From positions 1 to 64,000 of the forward strand of contig JBNKOC010000014.1 of assembly GCA_050294405.1 (NCBI GenBank): a DNA stretch of 64,000 bases, given 5' to 3'. How positions within the stretch are numbered: the first letter of the stretch is position 1; every line of letters starts with the position of its first letter. Of this stretch, positions 19,687 through 29,217 are shown in pieces. A program made the position numbers and the translations under genes. Source of the stretch: Fibrobacteria bacterium (GTDB lineage Bacteria; Fibrobacterota; Fibrobacteria; UBA11236; JADFYW01). The notes under the pieces are model-generated. The model searched no databases, was not told the origin of the DNA, and worked only from the letters and a program-made list of their open reading frames with translations.

Positions 19687-20625
19687 ATGGGAACTAAAGG
19701 GGGTATTTTGAGCAATTTTTTGTCTCGCGAGAAAATTGAATTTTATAAATCCGAGGGCTACCTCATTTTAGATATCCTAAGCCCCGAAGAACTTGAAAAA
19801 TATTCTGAGGAAATAAACAAATTGCTCAGTGGCCGCAAAAATTCCAATGAGACAGATAGAAATGGAGAAAATTCTTCTTCCTATCAACATTTTGGAGACA
19901 ATTTTAAGGAATTCGGGACAGAAGCAAAACATTATTATTTCCACTTAATTACAAATCCCGGGACGGAAGGGCTTCACCCCATCTTACTGAAAAACAATTT
20001 GCGCCAAATTGCGGAAGAACTGGTGGGGCCAAATCTTATTTTAAACAACTTCTCACTTTTAGCAGCTGAGCCCGGCACCAAATATAAACTGGGATGGCAC
20101 CGCGATATTATTCAAATACCAGAAGAGCAAATCGACCCAAGAATCTTTTCAAAGCAGTGGAGGCACAACAACATCCAGGGGAACTTAGCCATTAATCCAG
20201 ACAGCTGCTTGTGGGCTGTTCCCGGTAGCCATAGTCGGCCAAACACGCCTGAAGAGAATGAGGCCTTTGCAGGTTCTAAACACTATGCTCCCGCGGACAA
20301 CGTTATGCCTGGAGGGGTTCCCATCGAACTTAAACCTGGCCAAATTGTTCTTTACAACAACAATCTTATCCACCGGGGTTATTGTGACATCTTAAAATCT
20401 CCTAGACGCACAATTCACTTGGGATTCCACTCTGCAAAATACCCTCCCACCTGGCACTTTTATTTATTTGACGACAGCAAATTTACCCAAGAATATATAA
20501 ACAGCTTATCCCCTGAAATCCAGGAAATGGTTGAGCAATATTTGGATCTCAAAAAAGCCTATCCCAACATGGAAGACACATGGCCAAAATTAAACCGGCC
20601 TCTGGAAGAAGTGTTGGAAAGATAA
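19687..20625 (+). CDS. Phytanoyl-CoA dioxygenase (PhyH) family Fe(II)/2-oxoglutarate oxygenase
   Basis: EGYL, WHRD (HxD), VPGSH, HRG and distal Arg (PRRTI). Confidence 0.85.
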   Translation: MGTKGGILSNFLSREKIEFYKSEGYLILDILSPEELEKYSEEINKLLSGRKNSNETDRNGENSSSYQHFGDNFKEFGTEAKHYYFHLITNPGTEGLHPILLKNNLRQIAEELVGPNLILNNFSLLAAEPGTKYKLGWHRDIIQIPEEQIDPRIFSKQWRHNNIQGNLAINPDSCLWAVPGSHSRPNTPEENEAFAGSKHYAPADNVMPGGVPIELKPGQIVLYNNNLIHRGYCDILKSPRRTIHLGFHSAKYPPTWHFYLFDDSKFTQEYINSLSPEIQEMVEQYLDLKKAYPNMEDTWPKLNRPLEEVLER

Positions 20626-20648
20626 ACCAGGCATTAACATTTAGTATT

Positions 20649-21638
20649 ATGAATATTTTATTTGTTGGCGGTACGGGAATAATAAGCTCTGGATGCGTGG
20701 AGCTGGCAAGACAAATGGGGCTAAATTTAACCCTGCTAAACAGAGGCAATCAAAAAGATAAATTAGAGGATGTAAACTATTTAGTAGCTGACATTAATAA
20801 TCTTGCCCAATGTCAAAAAGTATTAAAGAATAAATACTTCGATGTTGTAGTTGACTTTGTATGTTATAACAAAAAAGATATGGATAGGGACCTTCTTCTA
20901 TTTAAAGAAAATACGGGCCATTATATTTTTATCAGCTCTGCTTCTGCTTATTTAGCCCCCTTTCCTGTTTTCCCAATTACAGAAGATGCTCCCTTGGGAA
21001 ACCCTGTTTGGGAATATTCCCGAAACAAAATCGCCTGCGAAGAAAAACTTCTTGAAGCGGTTAGAGACAAAAATTTTCCGGGGACCATCGTGCGTCCTTC
21101 CCACACTTATGGAAAGACCTATATTCCCATGCACGGAGGATATACCGTGTTGGATAGAATGCAAAAGGGTTTGCCCATTGTAGTTCATGGAGATGGAACA
21201 TCCTTATGGGCGCTCACCCATCATCTGGATTTCGCACAAGGCTTATTGGGTTTATTCGGCAAGCAAAAGGCTATTGGAGAGGCTTATCATATTACTACTG
21301 ATGAACTTTTGAATTGGGATGAAATTCATATGCAATTTGCCCGGGAGTTAAATTTAAACCCCGAAATTATTCACATAGCTTCAGATGTTATTGCCAAATA
21401 CGATGCGGAATGGGGAGAAAGTTTACTGGGGGACAAAGCTTACAGCGTTATTTTTGACAATTCCAAAATAAAAAAAATAGTTCCACATTACAAAGCCAAA
21501 ATTCCATTTTCAGAAGGGGTAAAAGAAATTGTAAATTGGCACATGGAAAACCCAGGACTCCAAAAAGTGGATACATCCTGGAATAATACCGTGGAAAAAT
21601 TAATTTTGGATTGGCACAAAGCTTTTAAGGGTAAATAA
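20649..21638 (+). CDS. NAD-dependent epimerase/dehydratase (extended SDR)
   Basis: MNILFVGGTGIIS Rossmann start; YxxxK (YSRNK); VRPSHTYG. Confidence 0.9.
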   Translation: MNILFVGGTGIISSGCVELARQMGLNLTLLNRGNQKDKLEDVNYLVADINNLAQCQKVLKNKYFDVVVDFVCYNKKDMDRDLLLFKENTGHYIFISSASAYLAPFPVFPITEDAPLGNPVWEYSRNKIACEEKLLEAVRDKNFPGTIVRPSHTYGKTYIPMHGGYTVLDRMQKGLPIVVHGDGTSLWALTHHLDFAQGLLGLFGKQKAIGEAYHITTDELLNWDEIHMQFARELNLNPEIIHIASDVIAKYDAEWGESLLGDKAYSVIFDNSKIKKIVPHYKAKIPFSEGVKEIVNWHMENPGLQKVDTSWNNTVEKLILDWHKAFKGK

Positions 21639-23151
21639 CATCCAGAATATAGCGGCCGGGTCGTAAATCCAAATCTATATACTTTTTATAGGGCTCTAAT
21701 TTTAATTTTCGCAGCTGTTTACCATCCAGGCTAAAAATTCGGATCACAGCTGAACCGTCGCTATTCCATTTTAAGGTTTGATTTAGCATATTAAAAACGA
21801 ATGCCCCTTCTTTTTTGGTGAAAACATTTGTGGGTGTCACTCTCCCTATGGCCGCCATAGGGTTAATCAGACCCCAGCCATGGTATTTATCCCAACCTTC
21901 CGCATCTTCCTCCGGGCGGCCCACTTTGTCTGTTGCCGTTTGTTCCATTATGCTCTTTAATTCATCCCCTGTTAAATTAGGATTTTGCGACAACATTAAC
22001 ATGGCGAGACCGGCCACCTGGGGGGTGGCCTGAGAGGTCCCGCTATATATCCAGGTTAAGTTATCGCTATTGGGAGCGACTCCAGAAACATAATTCCCCG
22101 GGGCACACACATCAATATGGCTTCCAAAATTACTGCCAGGTAACCCAGCGGCGCCATTGGGATTTAAAAAAGGCATAGCCCTTTCATCGTTTTGGGAAGT
22201 GGCTCCCACAGCCAGAACATTATCATAAGCCGCCGGATAATATACCAGTTCCTGGTTGTCATTAAACATGCAGGCCACGATCAATACCCCGTTTTCCTGG
22301 GCATAATCCGCAGCATCCTGTAAGGCCTGGCTTTGGCTAGTACCTCCCTGAGACATGCTTATTACCCTTGCCCCATTGTCCACAGCATATTCAATCCCGC
22401 GGACATAATCGGAATACCAGGCCCTATCGTCGGCATCCGCTACTCGAATGGGCATTATTTTGCATTTCCAATCCATCCCGGCAAACCCCTCTCCATTATT
22501 TCCAGTGGATGCCGCAATGCTGGTTACATTGGCCCCATGCCCGTTTTCATCCTGGGGAATAGTATCTTCTTCCACAAAATCCATGGGGTATACCATTCGT
22601 CCCATGAAATCAGCATGGTTCAAGTTAATGCCCGCATCCAATACCGCCAATATTAAAGATGTATCTCCAGTGGTAATATCCCAAACTGTGGGCATACCCA
22701 ACCTTTCTTTGTCCCATTGCTTCAACCAGCCCGCATCGTTGGGACTGATTGCAACTCCAGCGCCCCTTCCTCTATAATCTGGTTCTACATATTCAAACAA
22801 TCCTGTGGCCATGTATTGAGATATAAGTTCCATAACATTGGTAGAATCTCCGAAATCTATAACAAATAGTTTATCCATAAAATTGAACGGCTTAGAACTC
22901 TTAGATACCCCGCTCCGGGATATGCTATTTTTTAAGCTGCGAAAATTTTGCAATTTGAATTTTTTCTTTATAGCTAAAAAAGATTCATCCTCAGATATGT
23001 TAATGGATACTCCTTTTTTTCCCAAAGAATTAGGAGCGTCTTTAAGTTTTAGCAGCAATCTTCTGGCGGCAACATCACCCCCGAAGCTGATTTGGGATAA
23101 TAAAATAAAAAAAATTAAAATGACAGTTATTTTACAATAAGATTTTCCCAT
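21625..23151 (-). CDS. Secreted S8 subtilisin-like serine protease with prodomain and T9SS-like C-terminal domain
   Basis: Catalytic triad AVLDAG, GHG, SGTSQATP; tail IFSLDGK...PGRYIL. Confidence 0.92.
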   Translation of the reverse strand: MGKSYCKITVILIFFILLSQISFGGDVAARRLLLKLKDAPNSLGKKGVSINISEDESFLAIKKKFKLQNFRSLKNSISRSGVSKSSKPFNFMDKLFVIDFGDSTNVMELISQYMATGLFEYVEPDYRGRGAGVAISPNDAGWLKQWDKERLGMPTVWDITTGDTSLILAVLDAGINLNHADFMGRMVYPMDFVEEDTIPQDENGHGANVTSIAASTGNNGEGFAGMDWKCKIMPIRVADADDRAWYSDYVRGIEYAVDNGARVISMSQGGTSQSQALQDAADYAQENGVLIVACMFNDNQELVYYPAAYDNVLAVGATSQNDERAMPFLNPNGAAGLPGSNFGSHIDVCAPGNYVSGVAPNSDNLTWIYSGTSQATPQVAGLAMLMLSQNPNLTGDELKSIMEQTATDKVGRPEEDAEGWDKYHGWGLINPMAAIGRVTPTNVFTKKEGAFVFNMLNQTLKWNSDGSAVIRIFSLDGKQLRKLKLEPYKKYIDLDLRPGRYILDVIYP

Positions 23152-23243
23152 CTCTCCCCCAGACTATTCTTCAATCCACAAATGAGAATATAGATTTTTG
23201 CGCGAAGCGAAAACGAACTGGAATGGTCCGGTCCTTGAAATAT

Positions 23244-24059
23244 TTACTTGGGTGAAAACCTTATTTGGAAAGAAGAATTTGGAGAGCGAAATCTTCCCAA
23301 AAGGTCAATACTGGATATATTGTCTTTTTGAAAAGTCATGAACCTATGGTTTGTATTGGGTTTTAATTTGGCAACATTGCCAAAAGCGCCATCCACACAG
23401 CCATGAAAACGCTCAAACGTAGGCCCTGTCCTTCCCCATTCAGCGTATATGACATGATGGCCGCTACGCTCGGGAAGTTCACAGCTAGTGGTAAACAAGT
23501 TATTCGCTTTATCCACTTGAATATCCGCATTGGCCTCGGGATTGGAATCATTATATATCTGAAGGCAAAAAGGTTCCTCTTCAAAATCTTCCCATGTTAA
23601 TGCTTTTTCCGGAGAAAATTGAAAATCTGCTTTGGTAATCCAGTAAGAAAAATCATAAGTATCATCGAAATGCGGTCCCCAGGTTATATTCCAGGTAAAG
23701 TCCTGGGGTCCTGCCTGCATTGGATTGGTAGGCCACTCCATGGGCACATCCCAGGGGGTGGTTTGCCCATCCCAACTTTCACTGTCAAAGCTGCATACAT
23801 TTTGAGGAAGAGGCGATACATCTGCACGTCCAAGAGTGTGCGTAAGCACTGCCATATAATTATAGGGAGCGATTGGATCCTGAGCAAAAGCTGTGGAACA
23901 AATGGGAAATTCAGCTGAGCCCTGCGCAACCTGATCTGGCTTGGTAGTGGCGCCGCATATCCAATTACGGGAGGGAGGTTCTTGTATTAATCCATGGCCA
24001 AATGCCAGTACCGATAAAAAAATGAATGCGCTCGCAAATATCAAATTCTTCATGTCCAT
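23244..24059 (-). CDS. AA10 lytic polysaccharide monooxygenase (Teredinibacter/Cellvibrio-type, probably cellulose-active)
   Basis: Signal peptide ends AFG, leaving His1 (codon 23996-23994) in HGLIQEPPSR; second His in WGPHF; RSGHHVIYAEWGR and ERF..CVD motifs; short tail IDLLGR. Confidence 0.92.
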   Translation of the reverse strand: MDMKNLIFASAFIFLSVLAFGHGLIQEPPSRNWICGATTKPDQVAQGSAEFPICSTAFAQDPIAPYNYMAVLTHTLGRADVSPLPQNVCSFDSESWDGQTTPWDVPMEWPTNPMQAGPQDFTWNITWGPHFDDTYDFSYWITKADFQFSPEKALTWEDFEEEPFCLQIYNDSNPEANADIQVDKANNLFTTSCELPERSGHHVIYAEWGRTGPTFERFHGCVDGAFGNVAKLKPNTNHRFMTFQKDNISSIDLLGRFRSPNSSFQIRFSPK

Positions 24060-24362
24060 CAGCCCTCCATACATATTGGTATTCTTGAACTATTTTCCGG
24101 TTCCATTTAGTTGCCTCAACTTTCATTGATATACTTTTTATCCCTGATTTTCGCCTGTTTTGGGCGATATACCCATTTATAGGAGGGTGTATGTAATGCT
24201 ATTTGGTTGTAATACTCCAATTTCTTCCAAACACGTCCATTTAGCTTTGGAGGTTTCCTACGAAAAATTACATGGATTAGCCGAAGTTTTTAGCCTCTTA
24301 AATAGGCTCCAAATTTATCTTAATATTGAAAAAAATGTTTTTAAGAGTTCTGAGAGGCTAAT

Positions 24363-25406
24363 ATGCACTGGAGAAAATTTTGGATTATATACATCGTGGG
24401 AATTTTAACAACGCAGCTTTCCACAGCCCAACCCGAACCTCTATGGGAAGGCCAGGCTCCTCAGGCCATGGGCAACTCAGCAGCAGATATACCCACCCTT
24501 GAAATATTTAAACCCAATCCCAATGACGCTAATGGCTCAGCCATTTTAATGGTTCCGGGAGGAAGTTACGGAACAGTAGTAATGTCCGAAGCCCAAGCCG
24601 CCCGCAATTATTTTATACCCAAGGGTTTTATTATAGCTGTTCTTAAATACAGAGTCGCTCCCTACAAATATCCTGTTCCCATGCTCGATGTAAAGAGAGC
24701 TATGCGTACTCTTAGAAATATGGCCGAAGAGTTGGAGGTGGATACCAAAAGGATTGGATTACTTGGCTGTTCCGCTGGCGGGCATTTGGCATCCTACCTG
24801 GCAACCCACTATGACATGGGAGATGCCGAAGCTGAGGATCCTATCGAGCGGGAACATTGCCGTCCAGACTTCTCTATTTTTGTTTACCCGGTTATTACTA
24901 TGGACCCTTCTTTCACCCACGGGGGCTCCCGCTCTAACTTGTTAGGCAACAATCCCCCTCAGGATTTAGTGGACAGCCTCTCTAACGAAAAACAGGTAAA
25001 CGACTCTACTCCCCCAAGTTTTTTAGTCCATGGAACCGTAGATAATGTGGTGCCCTGGAAAAATAGCGAGGAATTCTTTTTGGCTTGTGAAGCCAATTCT
25101 GTTCCCGCAAAGTTTCATAAAATAACATCAGGCTGTGGTGGCCATGGCTTTGGTTATGATTGTGAAAATTGGGGTGATGTTAGTTATGCCTGGCTTAAAG
25201 ATGGAGGTTATCTGGATGCCACTGCCAAGGTTAAATTCAGTCCCAAAAAAGCCACGGGAAATTTTGCAAGCTCCTTAACTTTGTACAATTTAAACGGAAA
25301 AATTAGAACCCATTTATCTTCTGGAAATATTCTGGCAAATGATAGCTTGAATAATCACCCTCTAAAAAGATTGGGAAACGAAATTTTTATTATCCCATCC
25401 CCATAA
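24363..25406 (+). CDS. Secreted alpha/beta-hydrolase carbohydrate esterase (BD-FAE/xylan esterase-like)
   Basis: PGGSY, GCSAGGHLA nucleophile elbow, RPDF, HGTVD, GHGFG; CTD-like LYNLNGK. Confidence 0.85.
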   Translation: MHWRKFWIIYIVGILTTQLSTAQPEPLWEGQAPQAMGNSAADIPTLEIFKPNPNDANGSAILMVPGGSYGTVVMSEAQAARNYFIPKGFIIAVLKYRVAPYKYPVPMLDVKRAMRTLRNMAEELEVDTKRIGLLGCSAGGHLASYLATHYDMGDAEAEDPIEREHCRPDFSIFVYPVITMDPSFTHGGSRSNLLGNNPPQDLVDSLSNEKQVNDSTPPSFLVHGTVDNVVPWKNSEEFFLACEANSVPAKFHKITSGCGGHGFGYDCENWGDVSYAWLKDGGYLDATAKVKFSPKKATGNFASSLTLYNLNGKIRTHLSSGNILANDSLNNHPLKRLGNEIFIIPSP

Positions 25407-25419
25407 AATTTTTGGCGAC

Positions 25420-25448
25420 AAAAAAGCCTCCCAAAAGGGAGGCTTTTT
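25420..25448. terminator. Bidirectional Rho-independent terminator
   Basis: AAAAAAGCCTCCC-AAAA-GGGAGGCTTTTT between convergent genes. Confidence 0.9.
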
Positions 25449-25465
25449 ATAAAATTCAATCCTCT

Positions 25466-27355
25466 TTAATTTATAGCTAGCCTTCGGTTGTATTCAAAAC
25501 CTTCGCCTTTAGCTCTGATTATGATTAACCCCTGGTTTAATTTGGCTTTGGACACTTGTAAACTTTCCAAGCCATTAACATTTTCCTGATGTAAAAGCTT
25601 GCCCTGCAAATCGTAAAAACCGATTTCCTTCAGAGCTTGTTTTCTCCAATTGAGTTCCACGCTATTCCCTGCAACTTCGGCATTGAAATATTTATCCATC
25701 TCGACTAAAAGTTGAGGATCGGTAATCACATCCACTTTTTCGTTGATACATTCTACGCCACTTCCCGGATCATAATCTGCATCGGCATTATATTCTTCGT
25801 AATTGGGATCCAAACAGCCTGGAACTTCCGCAGGGCCAAAGCGATTCAGCTGATACCAGGTTTCGCCGGCCCAGGGATTCTCCCCACTTTCGGATTTCAA
25901 ATTCACCAATTGTATATGGGTCATATATTTTTCTTTGAGTTGGCCGGGAGCAAATTCAATTCGAACTTTCATGCCATCTTCAATACGGCTCACATTGGTA
26001 GGATTCAAAGGGGAATCGTCAATCATGTTACCTGCGCCATAGGAACGCTGCATTTGGAAAGTAAACTGCTCCATACGAAAATTGGAACCGCTTACATTGG
26101 CCTGAACTGGTTTGGTAAATTCGATTTCATAAGCAGTGGGGCTCATGCTGCGGACAGCCAACATTTCAAAGGGCACATTGTTTGTGGGTTTTAAACGGTG
26201 GAACCCCCATTTTTTAGCATCCCATCCCCAGTTGCCACTTTCGCCATTGCCCAAACATCCGATGTAATAATTTCCATCCGGCCCCTGAACAATACTTCTG
26301 CCACCGGCCAGTAAATCTCCAGTAAAATGGTGCATGTTACCCTGATACACTCCATCCACTCTTTCCAGGAATACGCGAACCACATGGTTGTTCCAAGCCA
26401 TTTCAGGAACATAAACCTGCCCTCTGTGAAGTCCATTGGTAACATACCAGGGATCATGGGGAGATTGGGTCAACCTTTGGTGCACCATCCAGGTGATGGA
26501 GTTTACAGACTGGCGACCAACATCGCTTTGAAAATTTTCATGGCCATGGAATCCGCCTTCCTGCACATGAATAAAACCAGAGGAAGGACGCCAGGTGCCC
26601 TGATCATCGGTGGTAAATAATTCACCCTCAGGACCAAAGAAAAGACCATCGGGATTCCTAAAACCTTCCGCATAAGCTTCTGCTGAATTTCCATCTTTTG
26701 AAATTTTCATTACTTTGCCAGAACTTTGAAAAGTGGCTGGAAAAGTGTTGTTACCCGATTGCATGGTTACGCCTGGTGAAACATAAAAATACCCGTCTTT
26801 ATAGGCAGGGCCAAAGGTCCACTGCCTTTCGGATTGAGATACAAAGTTGTTCCAAAGAGGCTCTTTGGATTCATAATATCCGTCGTTGTCATTATCCACG
26901 AGCTTATTTAGGGCATTGTATTCCTGAACATATATTTCATCATCAACCACTTCCATTCCCAAACCCGTTACAATACGGGCCACTTCATCAACCTCAACGG
27001 GTTCAGTGGCATCGGTGGTGATATTCTTTATGGCATAAACATAGCCCGGAAGTTCTTCAGCATGCCCTAAAAAGGATTGTTGAAGCTGAGAATTTTCTTT
27101 GGAAATGGTGGACATTAACAAAGTGCCATCTGACATAAACTGCAGAGCGGTTACCTGAGGCTCGAATGCATTTGCTCCTGCCGTACTAAAGCCCTCTAAA
27201 CGCAGAGTTTCCATTTCAAAAGCAGGATGTACACCTCGAATTGGCGCCCCATTACCAGGTTGCGACTGCGCATATAATTGCGAACCCACTCCCTGGATTA
27301 GCCCTATTCCTGCTAATAGCTTTAGCATAAATCTTCCCGGCTTCATGCTATACAT
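25466..27355 (-). CDS. Secreted beta-propeller protein (glucose/sorbosone dehydrogenase-like fold) with Cys-linker and T9SS-like CTD
   Basis: Signal peptide; GFRNPDG, TDDQGTW and GPDGNYY propeller motifs; PFEMLAVR beta-sandwich; GCLDPNYEEY..C linker; FYDLQGK...GLIII tail. Confidence 0.7.
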   Translation of the reverse strand: MYSMKPGRFMLKLLAGIGLIQGVGSQLYAQSQPGNGAPIRGVHPAFEMETLRLEGFSTAGANAFEPQVTALQFMSDGTLLMSTISKENSQLQQSFLGHAEELPGYVYAIKNITTDATEPVEVDEVARIVTGLGMEVVDDEIYVQEYNALNKLVDNDNDGYYESKEPLWNNFVSQSERQWTFGPAYKDGYFYVSPGVTMQSGNNTFPATFQSSGKVMKISKDGNSAEAYAEGFRNPDGLFFGPEGELFTTDDQGTWRPSSGFIHVQEGGFHGHENFQSDVGRQSVNSITWMVHQRLTQSPHDPWYVTNGLHRGQVYVPEMAWNNHVVRVFLERVDGVYQGNMHHFTGDLLAGGRSIVQGPDGNYYIGCLGNGESGNWGWDAKKWGFHRLKPTNNVPFEMLAVRSMSPTAYEIEFTKPVQANVSGSNFRMEQFTFQMQRSYGAGNMIDDSPLNPTNVSRIEDGMKVRIEFAPGQLKEKYMTHIQLVNLKSESGENPWAGETWYQLNRFGPAEVPGCLDPNYEEYNADADYDPGSGVECINEKVDVITDPQLLVEMDKYFNAEVAGNSVELNWRKQALKEIGFYDLQGKLLHQENVNGLESLQVSKAKLNQGLIIIRAKGEGFEYNRRLAIN

Positions 27356-27515
27356 AATTTCCTCCCCAGTTTTTAATAATTAAAATACCAACCCAGAAAA
27401 AACCATCCTCGCAGCTTGTCTAAAGTCGCGATCATCTATTTTTATATGTTTTTTCTGAACAATCAAAACCCTATCCTTAACATATCACGAAATAATGAAA
27501 AAATCACTGAAAAAA

Positions 27516-29210
27516 TCACCCTTCGCCTCCTTGCAACTGAGAGGCTTTGGCTTTTTTCATAAAATGGGCCACAAAAACTAAAATGGTAAAAATCACCGCT
27601 ATTAAAATTCCCAACCATTTAAACCTGTCCCAAAGACTGAAAATGCTTCCAAAGGTTGCCAATCCTGCGGCTATGGCCATCATCAAGTTCCAGGCAAGTT
27701 TTTTGCCGCCGGTAGGCATATTATCGCCCATTAATTTTTTCTGATTCATAAGCATAAAGAAAGTGAAATAAGCCACAGGCAAAACCACCATGGCTATCAT
27801 GGAAGTAGGTACTGCCAGCCAAAAAGAGGCTTGAGTCCAGAAGAAGGGGCCTAAAGCTCCCGTAATCCCAGGCAATATGCATGCTATCCGATATTTGCTG
27901 CCATGAGCTTCCCAGCCAAACATTTCACAAACCACAAAGCCATTAATTAACATCAGAATAATAATGGAGCTTATGGCCATGGCCAGCACCCCAAATCCAA
28001 AAATGTATTGGGCGAAAACTTTTCCTGTCAGGGGAGAAAGAGAATTAGCCAAACTAAAGGCGTCTCTTTTTACTAACATAGCCGCCATTTGCCTATCTGC
28101 TTCGGGAAGAGCAGCTACTTTCTGTTCCTTCTCCCCATCGCTAAGGCTGTTAAAAACATCGGCGCCCACTTCGTGTGAAATGCGGGCATGGGCGTTAGCC
28201 ACAATGCTTTTGGCTGGTTGGATTAAAGCTCCCTTTTCATCTTTTTCCCCCAGCAAACCAGGGGCTGGCTGGACATGGAATTGGGTGGCCGATGCGATAA
28301 CCACACAGCTGGTGGCCAGAATAAAGGGGATGAACAATCCTGTGGAAAGATCAAAAATAGCCAAGCCTCTGAAGTTTTTGTTCCAACCTTTTTTTAGCAT
28401 GGAATAGGGCAAAAGGAAAGTCATATTAATGCCAACGGCTGTGGAAGCAGCGGTAATCATAACCTGGCGTTGTTGTGAAACAATCATGTTATTCCAAAAA
28501 TCCCGAAAGCCGGGATCCACCGCCTCTATAAAAGGCTTAAATGTCGTGGCCGGAGAGGACAAGAGGCTCAAATCGGGAATAAAGCCACCAAAAATCCAGC
28601 CCATGTCAATGGCCCCATTGGTATACATCTTAATAACAACCCCAAAAAAACACAAAACAATAACCCCAACCATAGCCTTTAGGAGGTTTTCAAACATCCT
28701 CACGCCTTTGCTGCCTCTATCGTACATAAGAACAATAAGGCTGCATAACACCAGAATGGCCAGACAAACCACCAGCTTTCCTTCAAAACCATTTCCCAAT
28801 GCAGGAAAAAGGTTTTGCGTTGCGGCAGCTGTGCCCAGACTAAACTGGGGCAATGCCCAAACCAGATTCGCCATTAAGGTAGCCAGTGCCCAGCCCCAAC
28901 CCAGTACCGGATTTACCTGCTCGTTTACAGCCTGAAAAGGCCGCTGTCCGGTGGAAAGCACCACATAGCTAATGGCGCTTAACATCACCACTCCCAGAAT
29001 CATGGCCACCGGTTGAAGCCACAATAATGAAGATCCTCCCAAAACTCCTAAATACAAACTTCCAGCCAGAGAGCCACCACCAAGGGTGATGGCACTTTGC
29101 AACCATCCAGGGCCGGAAAGTTTTGTATAAATACCCAATGTTGCCAAGGGCCCTTTTTTCCGGGCCTCTATAATGGCGTTTTCATCTTGCTGAATTTTAT
29201 TTTCAGACAT
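27516..29210 (-). CDS. NRAMP/SLC11-like (APC superfamily) secondary transporter
   Basis: GPGWLQSAITLGGGSL (TM1), AVGINMTFLLPY (TM6); about 11-12 hydrophobic segments. Confidence 0.8.
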   Translation of the reverse strand: MSENKIQQDENAIIEARKKGPLATLGIYTKLSGPGWLQSAITLGGGSLAGSLYLGVLGGSSLLWLQPVAMILGVVMLSAISYVVLSTGQRPFQAVNEQVNPVLGWGWALATLMANLVWALPQFSLGTAAATQNLFPALGNGFEGKLVVCLAILVLCSLIVLMYDRGSKGVRMFENLLKAMVGVIVLCFFGVVIKMYTNGAIDMGWIFGGFIPDLSLLSSPATTFKPFIEAVDPGFRDFWNNMIVSQQRQVMITAASTAVGINMTFLLPYSMLKKGWNKNFRGLAIFDLSTGLFIPFILATSCVVIASATQFHVQPAPGLLGEKDEKGALIQPAKSIVANAHARISHEVGADVFNSLSDGEKEQKVAALPEADRQMAAMLVKRDAFSLANSLSPLTGKVFAQYIFGFGVLAMAISSIIILMLINGFVVCEMFGWEAHGSKYRIACILPGITGALGPFFWTQASFWLAVPTSMIAMVVLPVAYFTFFMLMNQKKLMGDNMPTGGKKLAWNLMMAIAAGLATFGSIFSLWDRFKWLGILIAVIFTILVFVAHFMKKAKASQLQGGEG

Positions 29211-29217
29211 AAAGGGC

